Positions 1 through 9,038 of a DNA stretch of 64,000 nucleotides are shown piece after piece (the first letter of the stretch is position 1; every line of letters starts with the position of its first letter). Under the pieces are notes generated by a model. That model worked only from the letters and a program-made list of their open reading frames with translations, had not been told where the DNA came from and made no database searches. A program made the translations under genes and the position numbers. Source of the DNA: Clostridia bacterium (GTDB taxonomy: Bacteria > Bacillota > Clostridia > Oscillospirales > CAG-272). The stretch spans positions 18,519-82,518 of the forward strand of contig JAFTJZ010000091.1 in the NCBI GenBank assembly GCA_017456145.1. The letters run 5' to 3'.

Positions 1-189
1 ATCCAACTCCTCATATTTTTTTGTTTTATATTCCTTACGCACTTCATCGCTGATTCCCCTCGTAGGCGTCGGAACATAATTTACAAAGGTGAATCCTGCT
101 TTTAAATACGCTTCGTTCAAATCCTTTGTCAGATGAGAACTAGAAATCTGTTCCGGATAAAAATAGCCCGGCAACTTCAATATACGCAT
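1..189 (-). CDS. Glycosyltransferase (GT4-like), N-terminal part; runs off the window edge
   Basis: Manual translation MRILKLPGYFYPEQISSSHLTKDLNEAY...VPTPTRG, typical of a GT4 N-terminus; GGAGG RBS at 196-200; lies in a polysaccharide operon. Confidence 0.7.
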   Translation of the reverse strand, partial: MRILKLPGYFYPEQISSSHLTKDLNEAYLKAGFTFVNYVPTPTRGISDEVRKEYKTKKYEELD

Positions 190-345
190 AACCATCCTCC
201 ATAATTAAGCAACCTTTTTTTGCCATGCTATTTGTAATGACATATTCTCTTCTAGAATAATTTCAATCAAAGAGACGTGGTCACTCATTCCATCACAGTT
301 AGCATTAACTTCGGAAAGTAAAATCCTATTTGAGCATTGCACATA

Positions 346-1356
346 TTAAAACTGAAATTTAGTTCCTTTCCTTTGCTCTATGCACTTATCGTAAATGTAT
401 TTTGCAAAGGAAACATCAACAAATGCTAATCCCACTGAACAGAAGTAAATGAACTCTTCATCATTTTCTCGCCCTAGTCTTCTGCCAGTCACTATCTCAT
501 CAAGATCACTATAGATCTCATCGTCTGTCAGCACTCCTTCCTTGTACATACGACTAATCGTTTGCGTTCTATGCTTGATGCATTCCCAATCATCACAGAC
601 AATTTTTGATGCTAGTTTCGGAACAGCATACTCATCTTCCCATCCAGCAACATGGATGTAAAATGCTCCCTTCTTGATCCATTTTGCTTTTAATATGGGT
701 TCCTGTCCGCTTATTGCAGTTACAACGATGTCCGCATCGATTACCGCCTTCTCATAATTGTCCTGACAATCAATAAACTCCATATCAGGATGTAGAAGTT
801 TTTCTTCTTCAATAAAGCGTTCAGTAGATCCATCAGCCAACGAAGACACATAACACGTTTTGATCTCAGGTCTGACGATCTTCACCATATCAAGATGCCG
901 CCTGGCCTGTTGTCCCGCACCGATAAATCCAATTGTCTTGGCATCTTCCCGTGCCAAATACTTTGCAGCAGTTGCACCGATAGAAGCAGTGCGTATTTCC
1001 GTCAGATACCCTGCATCCATCACAGAGAGTGTATGTCCGTGCGTCAGTTCTGACAAAATCATCGTTCCAGTTACATTTCTATATCCTTCCTTAGGGTTTT
1101 CCGGAAATACAGCAACCCACTTGACACCATAAACCTTATCTTTAAGCAAGGCACCAGGCATACAATTAATTCGATTCTGTGTTTCTTCATCAAAGATAAC
1201 AGATATCTTATCTGGAAGAAGAATCTCACCGGAAATCTTCTTTTCAAATGCAGCTTCAATTATGCCAATTGCTTCAGGTAAATTTCTGGATAAAATACTT
1301 TTTTGATCATTTGACGATATTAACAGCGTCGTGGGATTGCTTTTCATCTTTATCAT
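346..1356 (-). CDS. Ornithine cyclodeaminase / mu-crystallin family protein
   Basis: GVKWVAVFPENP, LTEIRT, GFIGAGQQA NAD-binding motif, FCSVGLAFVD. Confidence 0.9.
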   Translation of the reverse strand: MIKMKSNPTTLLISSNDQKSILSRNLPEAIGIIEAAFEKKISGEILLPDKISVIFDEETQNRINCMPGALLKDKVYGVKWVAVFPENPKEGYRNVTGTMILSELTHGHTLSVMDAGYLTEIRTASIGATAAKYLAREDAKTIGFIGAGQQARRHLDMVKIVRPEIKTCYVSSLADGSTERFIEEEKLLHPDMEFIDCQDNYEKAVIDADIVVTAISGQEPILKAKWIKKGAFYIHVAGWEDEYAVPKLASKIVCDDWECIKHRTQTISRMYKEGVLTDDEIYSDLDEIVTGRRLGRENDEEFIYFCSVGLAFVDVSFAKYIYDKCIEQRKGTKFQF

Positions 1357-2669
1357 CTCTCTCCTAAATTGTTTTTTAGTTTTAGTTGGCTTGTTTTAAG
1401 CATTCTAAGGGTTAAATCGACTCCCGTTCCATTGAAAAATTTTAGTTTTTTATGTAATTCTTCAATGGTATCCTTGAGTTCTGCTTCTGTTTCAAAAACA
1501 AAGTGAGCAAGTGCAACGACCTGTGAAAAAGAGCCAGTATCCTTTATTTGAGACCCCTCACCGTGAATAAGCGGTAGCGTAACTATATTTGTCATCTGCC
1601 GCGCTTCTTCAATCCCCTGCACCTTTTGAATTGTACCTGCACCACAGTAAAATGGATACACAGCATAAAATCGCTTTTTAGGAACAGTGTCAGGAATCAG
1701 CGAAGTAAAGCCATTTGTTTTACTCGTACCTGTTAGTGCGTAATATATATCTGCCGCTACTTGATTGATGCCATGTTTATAATCTACAAAGTAGATTGAT
1801 GCTGAACCTCCATATCGGAAACCGACTTCATTGAAATAGAAACTATCTCCATGGTGGAAAACTTCAATCCAGAATGAACCTTCCTTGATTCCGATCGACT
1901 GAATCATTCTTTCAATGCGTTCTTCATACTGCGCTCGGAAAGACTCCGATAGGTCGCTTTCGCAAATAAACAAACCGCCAACGTAGCTTCCTTGTTTCTC
2001 ATAACGAACAGGATACTTATCTTCTAGACCAGAGAATAAAAGCTTGCCTTCACTAACAGTATAGAAAACAACCACTCCATCATTAGGAACAAACTTTTCA
2101 ATAATAACACTACCTGTCGGTGACTCTTTAGCTGCTACGGCATAACCTTTCTTCAATTCATCAATGTTATGGCAGACAGAAAAACCGCTGCTCCCACAAC
2201 CATCTGTTGGTTTGGTGATGACGGGATATTCATTTTCCGGAACAGCATTTTCGATTCCCTTATCAATCATATAACGAGGAACAACTGGCAAATCATGTTG
2301 AATACACAACTCTTTAAAATTGCTCTTGTTCTGCAAATATTCCCACTGGTCATGTGTACAATAGCAGGGTAAGCCGAGTTCATTAATATACTGGCAGGCT
2401 GCAGATATGACTGCCTCGCTCCCCCCCATGTACACACCATCAATTTCGGCATCTTTAATTAACTTCTTCATTGCATCTTGATCAGTTGAGTTAACGCTAT
2501 ATTTTTCATCAGCGATCTCAAAAATACCAGCTGTCTGATCATTACCAGTTGCAATCAAAGTAATATCATTCTCGTCAGCAAAATCCTTTATTGCATTTTT
2601 CCAAAGGCTACCTCCAAGAATTAACAAACGCTTCCCACTTAATTCAGGATATTTCATCTTATACCTCAC
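1353..2669 (-). CDS. ATP-grasp domain protein
   Basis: YPVITKPTDGCGSSG, IIEKFV, FNEVGFRYGG; AT-rich coding sequence. Confidence 0.85.
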   Translation of the reverse strand: MRYKMKYPELSGKRLLILGGSLWKNAIKDFADENDITLIATGNDQTAGIFEIADEKYSVNSTDQDAMKKLIKDAEIDGVYMGGSEAVISAACQYINELGLPCYCTHDQWEYLQNKSNFKELCIQHDLPVVPRYMIDKGIENAVPENEYPVITKPTDGCGSSGFSVCHNIDELKKGYAVAAKESPTGSVIIEKFVPNDGVVVFYTVSEGKLLFSGLEDKYPVRYEKQGSYVGGLFICESDLSESFRAQYEERIERMIQSIGIKEGSFWIEVFHHGDSFYFNEVGFRYGGSASIYFVDYKHGINQVAADIYYALTGTSKTNGFTSLIPDTVPKKRFYAVYPFYCGAGTIQKVQGIEEARQMTNIVTLPLIHGEGSQIKDTGSFSQVVALAHFVFETEAELKDTIEELHKKLKFFNGTGVDLTLRMLKTSQLKLKNNLGER

Positions 2670-3841
2670 TCAACTATAATTTTCACCATCTGCAGCACTC
2701 GTTCACAAACTTTCACTGCTTCTTCAGCATTGTCCGCTTGTGCAATGACAAAACCAACTCGGTCTGTACTGCTGCCGATATCACCAACAGTATCGCCTAC
2801 TTGCTTCACAAAGGTGATCTCCTGTACACCATACAACATCTCAGCTTCTTCTACACCACTGATCTCACGGATCACACCATGCGGTGCATTAAAGTAACGA
2901 ATCGCAGAACCATTCCACAATTTCTGTTCCAGATCCGGATCTTCCCCGAGTGCAATCTTGATTGTATTACCTACCATATCAATACCGGTAGACAGAGGTA
3001 CGAGATGCGTAGTGATGCAGTCGCCACCCATACGCGCCCCAAGTTCGACCATCTTCGGCCCGTTCTTTGTGAGAATGATCTCCACATGAGCCGGTCCATT
3101 CTGGATTCCCACAGACAGTGCCGCACGGCTTGCCAGATCACGGATTGCATCCTGTGCTTCTTCCGGCAGACGTGAGGGCTGAGAATGTCCCATTTCCACA
3201 AAGTGAGGCGCACCAGTCGTCAGCTTGTCTGTAATCTGAAGGACGTGAGGTGCACCGTGAGAAACCATAACTTCTACGCTGACCTCTGGTCCCTGCATAT
3301 ACTCTTCCATGATGACATCACCGCGCCGACCGTTTTCAGAGGAATAGCTTAATGCTTCTGCCAGCTCATCTTCGTTATGCACCAGCATAACTCCGCGGCT
3401 GCCGGAATTGTCTGTAGGTTTCGTAATCAGCGGAAACGTAAAAGTACCCGGCGTAGGTTTTGTACCGCCAGGGATAATCTGATACCATGGATGTTCAACT
3501 TTCGCTGTTTCAAAAGTCTTGATCATCTCGCCCTTATCTGTCGCTTTAACAGCAGAGTCGTATGCCAAGCCTACCAGACCCAGCTTTTCACAAGCATACG
3601 CCAGTGAACGCATAGGCATATCAGTAGCAAGAGTCATAATGCCATCAGCCTTGAACTCCTTTGCTGCCCGATATACGCCTTCTTCATCGATAGTCGAGAC
3701 ATTGTAATACTCGTCAGCCAGTGGAATACCCACAGCATTCGGGTTGTAATCCGCTACCGCTACATACAGCCCCAGTTCCTTCGCTTTACGGATAGCAGGT
3801 ACCTGCAATACCGAAGCCCCAATTATAAGTAACCGCTTCAT
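2666..3841 (-). CDS. ATP-grasp domain protein (carboxylate-amine ligase-like)
   Basis: FPLITKPTDNSGSRGV, MEEYMQGPEVSVE, VELGARMGGD. Confidence 0.9.
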   Translation of the reverse strand: MKRLLIIGASVLQVPAIRKAKELGLYVAVADYNPNAVGIPLADEYYNVSTIDEEGVYRAAKEFKADGIMTLATDMPMRSLAYACEKLGLVGLAYDSAVKATDKGEMIKTFETAKVEHPWYQIIPGGTKPTPGTFTFPLITKPTDNSGSRGVMLVHNEDELAEALSYSSENGRRGDVIMEEYMQGPEVSVEVMVSHGAPHVLQITDKLTTGAPHFVEMGHSQPSRLPEEAQDAIRDLASRAALSVGIQNGPAHVEIILTKNGPKMVELGARMGGDCITTHLVPLSTGIDMVGNTIKIALGEDPDLEQKLWNGSAIRYFNAPHGVIREISGVEEAEMLYGVQEITFVKQVGDTVGDIGSSTDRVGFVIAQADNAEEAVKVCERVLQMVKIIVE

Positions 3842-4497
3842 ACCTGTACCTCATCCTTCTTTTCAGCAACAGTTTCGTTTGCTGTTCCAGCACTCTTATC
3901 AATACTTTCCTGATAGTTGATGTTCTTAGAGCCAAGAACACTCAGAACTGTCTGAATCAGAATCTTCACATCGAAAATGAAAGATACATGATCCACATAG
4001 TAGCAGTCGTTTTCAAACTTCTGCTCCTGTGGGATGGAATTGCGGAAATATGCCTGCGAATATCCAGTAATACCCGGACGAACTGTGAGACGCTTTTTGC
4101 GTTTTTCATCAAACTCTTCATAATTACCAGTCGCCAGATTCGGACGCGGTCCAACAAAACTCATGTCACCGATCAGCACATTCAGAATCTGCGGCAGCTC
4201 GTCAATGGAAAGTTTACGCATGATACGACCGATCTTTGTTACACGGGGGTCATCGTCTCCAGAATATGTAGAACCGTCTGCATTCTTCAGCACAGGTGCA
4301 TTCACCTTCATCGAACGCAGCTTAAACATTTTAAAGACCTTACCATTCATGCCCCTGCGAGTCGCATTGTAAAACACCGGACCTCTGTCTGTCAGGTAGA
4401 TAATTGGAGCGAAGATCAGAATTACAAGACCTACGAAAGGAAGTGCAATCAGGGAAATGATTATATCCAGTAATCGCTTAACAAACTTCTTATACAT
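3838..4497 (-). CDS. Bacterial sugar transferase (initiating phosphoglycosyl transferase, PglC-like)
   Basis: KRLLDII, FKLRSM, DDPRVTKIG, SIDELPQ, MSFVGPRP, RPGITG. Confidence 0.95.
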   Translation of the reverse strand: MYKKFVKRLLDIIISLIALPFVGLVILIFAPIIYLTDRGPVFYNATRRGMNGKVFKMFKLRSMKVNAPVLKNADGSTYSGDDDPRVTKIGRIMRKLSIDELPQILNVLIGDMSFVGPRPNLATGNYEEFDEKRKKRLTVRPGITGYSQAYFRNSIPQEQKFENDCYYVDHVSFIFDVKILIQTVLSVLGSKNINYQESIDKSAGTANETVAEKKDEVQV

Positions 4498-4508
4498 GCT
4501 TCAGTACC

Positions 4509-5834
4509 TCAATTGAATTCCTTCATAACTTCCTTCAGCATCTCGCAAACATACTCAATGTCTTCATCAGTCAATTTCGTATGCAGCGGCAATGTGATCA
4601 GATTCTTGTAGTAATCATAGCTATTTCCATACAGCTCAATCCCACCACTGCTTTCCCTATACGCCGTCATCATCGGCAAGGGCTTGTAGTGGACGTTCGT
4701 AGCCACACCGCGCTCAGCCATCTTCTCGATGATCACGTTACGCTGTTCCTCGTCTATTCCAAGAACACGGATCAGGTAGAGATGATTAGAACTATCCATG
4801 AAATCAGTGTGGTGAACGAGGTGCTTGATACCCAGCCCATCACAGGTCTCATCATAACGTTTCATCATCTCTACACGGCGATCCAGCATCCCCTCATAAC
4901 GGTCAAGCTGTCTGAGACCAATTGCAGCCATAATATCCGTCATGTTGCACTTATACCAGGGGCCGATGATGTCATACTCCCAAGCACCGATCTTGGTCTT
5001 CGCCAAAGCGTCCTTGTTCTGACCATGCAGAGACAACAGCTGGAAGAACTTATAGATTTCCTTATCTTCCACTCCAGAGATTTCCAGCCAAGCACTTGCA
5101 CCGCCTTCGGCGGTTGTAAAGTTCTTCACAGCGTGGAAAGAGAAAGAGGTGAAGTCAGCAATAGCACCGCAATACTTCTTCTCGCCCTTAAACATACGAC
5201 TTGCACCAAGACTGTGGGCATCATCAGCAACGACTGCTACACGACCAATAGCCTTCTGGATACGTGCGGACAGATCATTCAGCGGATTGCCATCAGAGAC
5301 CATGGGAGTGAAGAGCGCCTTCTTCTTCTCCACGATCTCAAAGATCCTCTCATAATCAGCCACGATACCGCCGAGATCAACGACAATAATCGCCTTGGTT
5401 TTCTCGGTGATTGTTTTTTCCAGCTTCGCATAGTCCATCTCAGGCATGTGCGTTACTGGATCGCCATCCTTCTGGATATCCACGAACTTGACAGTAGCAC
5501 CACAGTGGATAGCAGCAGAAGCGGAAGCGGTATATGTATAAGCCGGAACGATAACTTCGTCACCGGGGCCAACGCCAAGAATGCGAAGGTTCAGCTCCTC
5601 AGCTGCTGTTGCGGAGTTGAGGCACACAACCTTCTGGCTGTACTTAGCGATTGCTTCCTTCGTGGTGCAATCCACATCAGTTCTGCCAGTTTCAATATAA
5701 GCCGCCAGACGGCACTCCAGCATTTTCGTTCTCGGACCAGTAGTGATCCAACCAGAACGCAGAGCCTCGTTTACTTCAGCGATTTCAAGTTCTGAAATAT
5801 CCGGCGGGCTAAAACTGATAACTCTCTTCTCCAT
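4509..5834 (-). CDS. DegT/DnrJ/EryC1/StrS PLP-dependent sugar aminotransferase
   Basis: SGWITTGP, DDAHSLGA, SFHAVKNFTTAEGG, KCNMTDIMAAIG. Confidence 0.95.
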   Translation of the reverse strand: MEKRVISFSPPDISELEIAEVNEALRSGWITTGPRTKMLECRLAAYIETGRTDVDCTTKEAIAKYSQKVVCLNSATAAEELNLRILGVGPGDEVIVPAYTYTASASAAIHCGATVKFVDIQKDGDPVTHMPEMDYAKLEKTITEKTKAIIVVDLGGIVADYERIFEIVEKKKALFTPMVSDGNPLNDLSARIQKAIGRVAVVADDAHSLGASRMFKGEKKYCGAIADFTSFSFHAVKNFTTAEGGASAWLEISGVEDKEIYKFFQLLSLHGQNKDALAKTKIGAWEYDIIGPWYKCNMTDIMAAIGLRQLDRYEGMLDRRVEMMKRYDETCDGLGIKHLVHHTDFMDSSNHLYLIRVLGIDEEQRNVIIEKMAERGVATNVHYKPLPMMTAYRESSGGIELYGNSYDYYKNLITLPLHTKLTDEDIEYVCEMLKEVMKEFN

Positions 5835-5906
5835 GTTCCTCTACTCCCCAAATTGTGTAAGTAATGTGTGTTTTTTTTGAATGGTCTTGTGGTCATCTCA
5901 GTTAAT

Positions 5907-5971
5907 TGCGTTATACTGCTGCGTTATACTGCTGCGTTATACTGCTGCGTTATACTGCTGCGTCATACTAC
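5907..5971. repeat. 13-bp tandem repeat (TGCGTTATACTGC)x4 plus one degenerate copy
   Basis: Exact copies at 5907, 5920, 5933, 5946; TGCGTCATACTAC at 5959. Confidence 0.95.
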
Positions 5972-6356
5972 TTCATCATCCACTGTCCATCAAATGAGAC
6001 GAATGACGCAGAGGTTATTTTCTTTGTACATAAGTGACTCAAAGGGGTCTGGTTTTTCCTGTGTGAATCTCCCTGCGGTTTGGCACTTTTTTAGGTGTCA
6101 TTTTTATTATTACTTGCACAATGTAATGTGCGTTATACACGCGTATTTTTGTGCAGTTTACGACAAAATCCAGACTTTGTCTGTCGCCGACTCAAAGGGA
6201 TTAAAAGCGTTTTATTTCGCGGCTCAAAAGGATTTTTAACTTATAGCATTGTACCTCATGAGGATGGTGTTCACTACATCACTCAGATATAGATATCCCC
6301 GTTTCGAGGATCAGAAGGTTGTTGTTCACATTGTCCACATTGTTTTCATTTCTCAC

Positions 6357-8465
6357 TTACACTCGCGCTGCGGGATTCCGCCCCTCCCCCACCCCGATCA
6401 GTGAGAGCTTTTCTCGTCGAGCCTCGGACATGGTTGGCAGGGCGTCGCGTTGGCGGCGGATCCAGCGGCCGAGGCGGCAGCCGTCCTCGGTGATATAAGC
6501 GACGGGAATATTGAGGTCACCGTGCTTACGCTTATAGGCGCAGGCAGCGGCGTAGGAGCGCTCCCATGTGGTATCGTGCTTGTTTTTCCACGAAAACCCG
6601 AGCTCGGCGAGCAGTGTAAGCTGCACCTCGCTCAAGGGGGCGCGCTTGGAGTTGGCGTTGTTCTTTGCTGTCCGCAGGCTGGCGAGCCATGCGCCAAGAC
6701 GGATGCCGTCCTCTGTGACATAGTACAAAGGCACATCCAGATTTCCGTAGGTGCGATGATAGTCGACAGCAGCGTGGTAATTCTTCTCCCAAAGGTAGTC
6801 AGGAACGTCCCACACCATGCCGATTTCGTCCAATTTTCGGATACGCGCCTCGGTCAGATAGGCACTTTGAATTTTATTTTTACGGTAAGAGCGCAGCTGC
6901 GCGATCCAGCGACCGAGCGCCACGCCGCGGTAATTGTTATGATTGATATTGACCAGCAGGTCGCCGTGCTCGGCGCGATACGCCACAGCGGCTGCGTAGT
7001 TCTTCTCCCAAGCGAGGTCACGAACGCTCTCCCAGCGCATCCCAATGGCGTTCAGCTTTTCAATCTGCGCGTCGGTCAGAATGCCGTTGACCTTGCCCTC
7101 GTGCACCAACCGCTGTGTATTCAACCACACACCAAGGGTCAACCCATCGGCGGTGACATAACGCTTTGGCACGTCGAGATTGCCGTTTTCCTCATAAAAA
7201 TATTTGGCAGCATCATACATCAGCTCCCAGGATGCGGTGAGCGTATCATTGAGCCGATCAAACAGTGCGATACAATCCCGCACCTCGTCGATGACCTGAA
7301 AATGCTCGGTGACGATCTCGCCCTCCAGCCCCAGCGAACGATAATAAGCCGTCGCGATCTCCATCTCCTCCTCAACCGCACCAATGCTGTAAAGGTTTTC
7401 GATGTTGAGCACAATGTCGAAGATAACGGCGTTGTTCTTTTTGCTCGCGGACAACGCGCGCCCGACCTGCTGCTTATATATAATGGGAGAAATGGTCGGA
7501 CGCAGCAGAATGACGCCGCTGACGTCGTCGACATGGATGCCCTCGTTGAGCATATCGATGCAGAAGAGCAGCTTGAGATGATCGCTGTCGTCCTGCTTGA
7601 AGGAGACAAAAGCATGGCTGGTCAGCGGGTCGTCGGAGTATGCCATATAGATATGCGGCGCGGGGTCAACCTTGGTAAACCACTCTCTCGACTTCTCGAC
7701 CATCTCGCACAGATGCTCGTAGTTGGCACAGAAAACGATATACTTCCCTGCGCGCTCACTCATGTGCTTGTCGAAAATGACGTCCAGCCCGTCCGCCTTA
7801 TCCAGCGCACGGCGCAGCGCCTCAAGAATTTTCTCACCCCCGTCGCGTACAGCTTTACTCTTTGCCGAGCGTACACGGGCTTGGTATTTTTCCAGATCCT
7901 TTTGGTAGGAAAAGACCGAAAGCACGTACTTCGGTGCGGTCAGAATACCGCGGACGATAGCCTCACCCAGTGTCATTTCGGAGGCGACGTTGCCACAGAA
8001 CAGCTCGTCGGACATATCCCGTCGGTTGTCCAGATAACGCACCGCCGTCGCGGAAAGCCCCAGCACGGGCGCGTCGGGATAAGCGGTAAGCAGGGTACTC
8101 ACACCCTTCCCCCACATCTGCGCACCACAGCGATGGAACTCGTCAAGCACGATGTAATCGGGCTTGATCAGCGCGATCTCGTCCTCATTCATGTTCATCA
8201 GCTTGGCGTAGGTAAAGAATTTTATATTTTCGGGCACGAATCCATCCGACACGGCAGCCAAGTTTTCGAGCTGGGTCTTGAAAATGTACTCGGACGGCGA
8301 GAGCCAGCAGACCGATGCCTCGGGAAAATCCTCGCACAGCTTGAATGCGATGAACGATTTTCCCGTTCCCGTCGGATGCACCACCGCCGCGCGCCCCACC
8401 TCATGCAGCATCGAAAGAGCCGACGCATACGCGTCTGCATTGTGTTTGTACAACATAATGCCCAT
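6357..8465 (-). CDS. SF2 DEAD/DEAH-box helicase with C-terminal helicase-associated (HA) repeats
   Basis: HPTGTGKS, LDEFH, LSAT, EGIHVDDV, QQVGRAL; about four WExxY...GxLxV...LGxW repeats. Confidence 0.9.
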   Translation of the reverse strand: MGIMLYKHNADAYASALSMLHEVGRAAVVHPTGTGKSFIAFKLCEDFPEASVCWLSPSEYIFKTQLENLAAVSDGFVPENIKFFTYAKLMNMNEDEIALIKPDYIVLDEFHRCGAQMWGKGVSTLLTAYPDAPVLGLSATAVRYLDNRRDMSDELFCGNVASEMTLGEAIVRGILTAPKYVLSVFSYQKDLEKYQARVRSAKSKAVRDGGEKILEALRRALDKADGLDVIFDKHMSERAGKYIVFCANYEHLCEMVEKSREWFTKVDPAPHIYMAYSDDPLTSHAFVSFKQDDSDHLKLLFCIDMLNEGIHVDDVSGVILLRPTISPIIYKQQVGRALSASKKNNAVIFDIVLNIENLYSIGAVEEEMEIATAYYRSLGLEGEIVTEHFQVIDEVRDCIALFDRLNDTLTASWELMYDAAKYFYEENGNLDVPKRYVTADGLTLGVWLNTQRLVHEGKVNGILTDAQIEKLNAIGMRWESVRDLAWEKNYAAAVAYRAEHGDLLVNINHNNYRGVALGRWIAQLRSYRKNKIQSAYLTEARIRKLDEIGMVWDVPDYLWEKNYHAAVDYHRTYGNLDVPLYYVTEDGIRLGAWLASLRTAKNNANSKRAPLSEVQLTLLAELGFSWKNKHDTTWERSYAAACAYKRKHGDLNIPVAYITEDGCRLGRWIRRQRDALPTMSEARREKLSLIGVGEGRNPAARV

Positions 8466-8494
8466 TTTCGACTCCTTTCGCGCATTTTCGGGGG

Positions 8495-8519
8495 TGTAAT
8501 GAAGTATAACACTTCAAGA
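8495..8519 (+). repeat. Left 25-bp inverted repeat TGTAATGAAGTATAACACTTCAAGA (candidate recombination site)
   Basis: Exact reverse complement of 8884-8908; internal dyad TGAAG-TATAACA-CTTCA. Confidence 0.9.
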
Positions 8520-8567
8520 TTGCATAAAAATGGGTACAGAGTCCCATTCGCATACAATGACACCGTA

Positions 8568-8596
8568 ATTATAACACAAATATGCCAATTAGTCAA
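8568..8596 (-). promoter_or_regulatory. Sigma-A promoter inside the IR-flanked segment, pointing toward the helicase and the leftward polysaccharide operon
   Basis: Minus strand TTGACT-17 nt-TATAAT with extended -10 TG. Confidence 0.8.
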
Positions 8597-8883
8597 TGCT
8601 TTACGGGCAAAAAAGATAAAAAAATAGTAAAATATTTTTGTCACAGCAGGAAACATCTTGCTGAATACGCACGATATACCTCCAATCATGACAAAAAATG
8701 ACGCTTTTCGCAGTTGTCGGAGTCTATTCATGGTCTTTCATGGTCAGGCGGGAGAACAAACGCCGTAAGACTATTTACTCGCTGCGTATAATCGATTCAT
8801 AGTCAAAATATGGTCAAATATCATAATGTTGCCACCGAAAATTCTTGAAATCCAAGGAAAATTCAGTGGTTTTTGTTTATTCG

Positions 8884-8908
8884 TCTTGAAGTGTTATACT
8901 TCATTACA
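8884..8908 (-). repeat. Right 25-bp inverted repeat TCTTGAAGTGTTATACTTCATTACA
   Basis: Exact reverse complement of 8495-8519. Confidence 0.9.
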
Positions 8909-8975
8909 TTTCCCGATGGTTTTGTCGGGAATTTTTTATTTTGCACGAAAAGTACGATAAATATCAAATTGTATC

Positions 8976-9004
8976 TTGACATTTGCGTTGATTTATGTTA
9001 TAAT
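8976..9004 (+). promoter_or_regulatory. Sigma-A promoter of the kinase operon
   Basis: TTGACA-17-TATAAT with extended TG. Confidence 0.85.
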
Positions 9005-9038
9005 ACCGTGGAAAACAAAACATAAAGGAGCTTATGTC

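Noticed and set aside
5907-8908. Integron attC/attI interpretation of the GTTATAC cores
   Set aside because: No integron integrase, no cassette array, and no attC-style paired R/L boxes.
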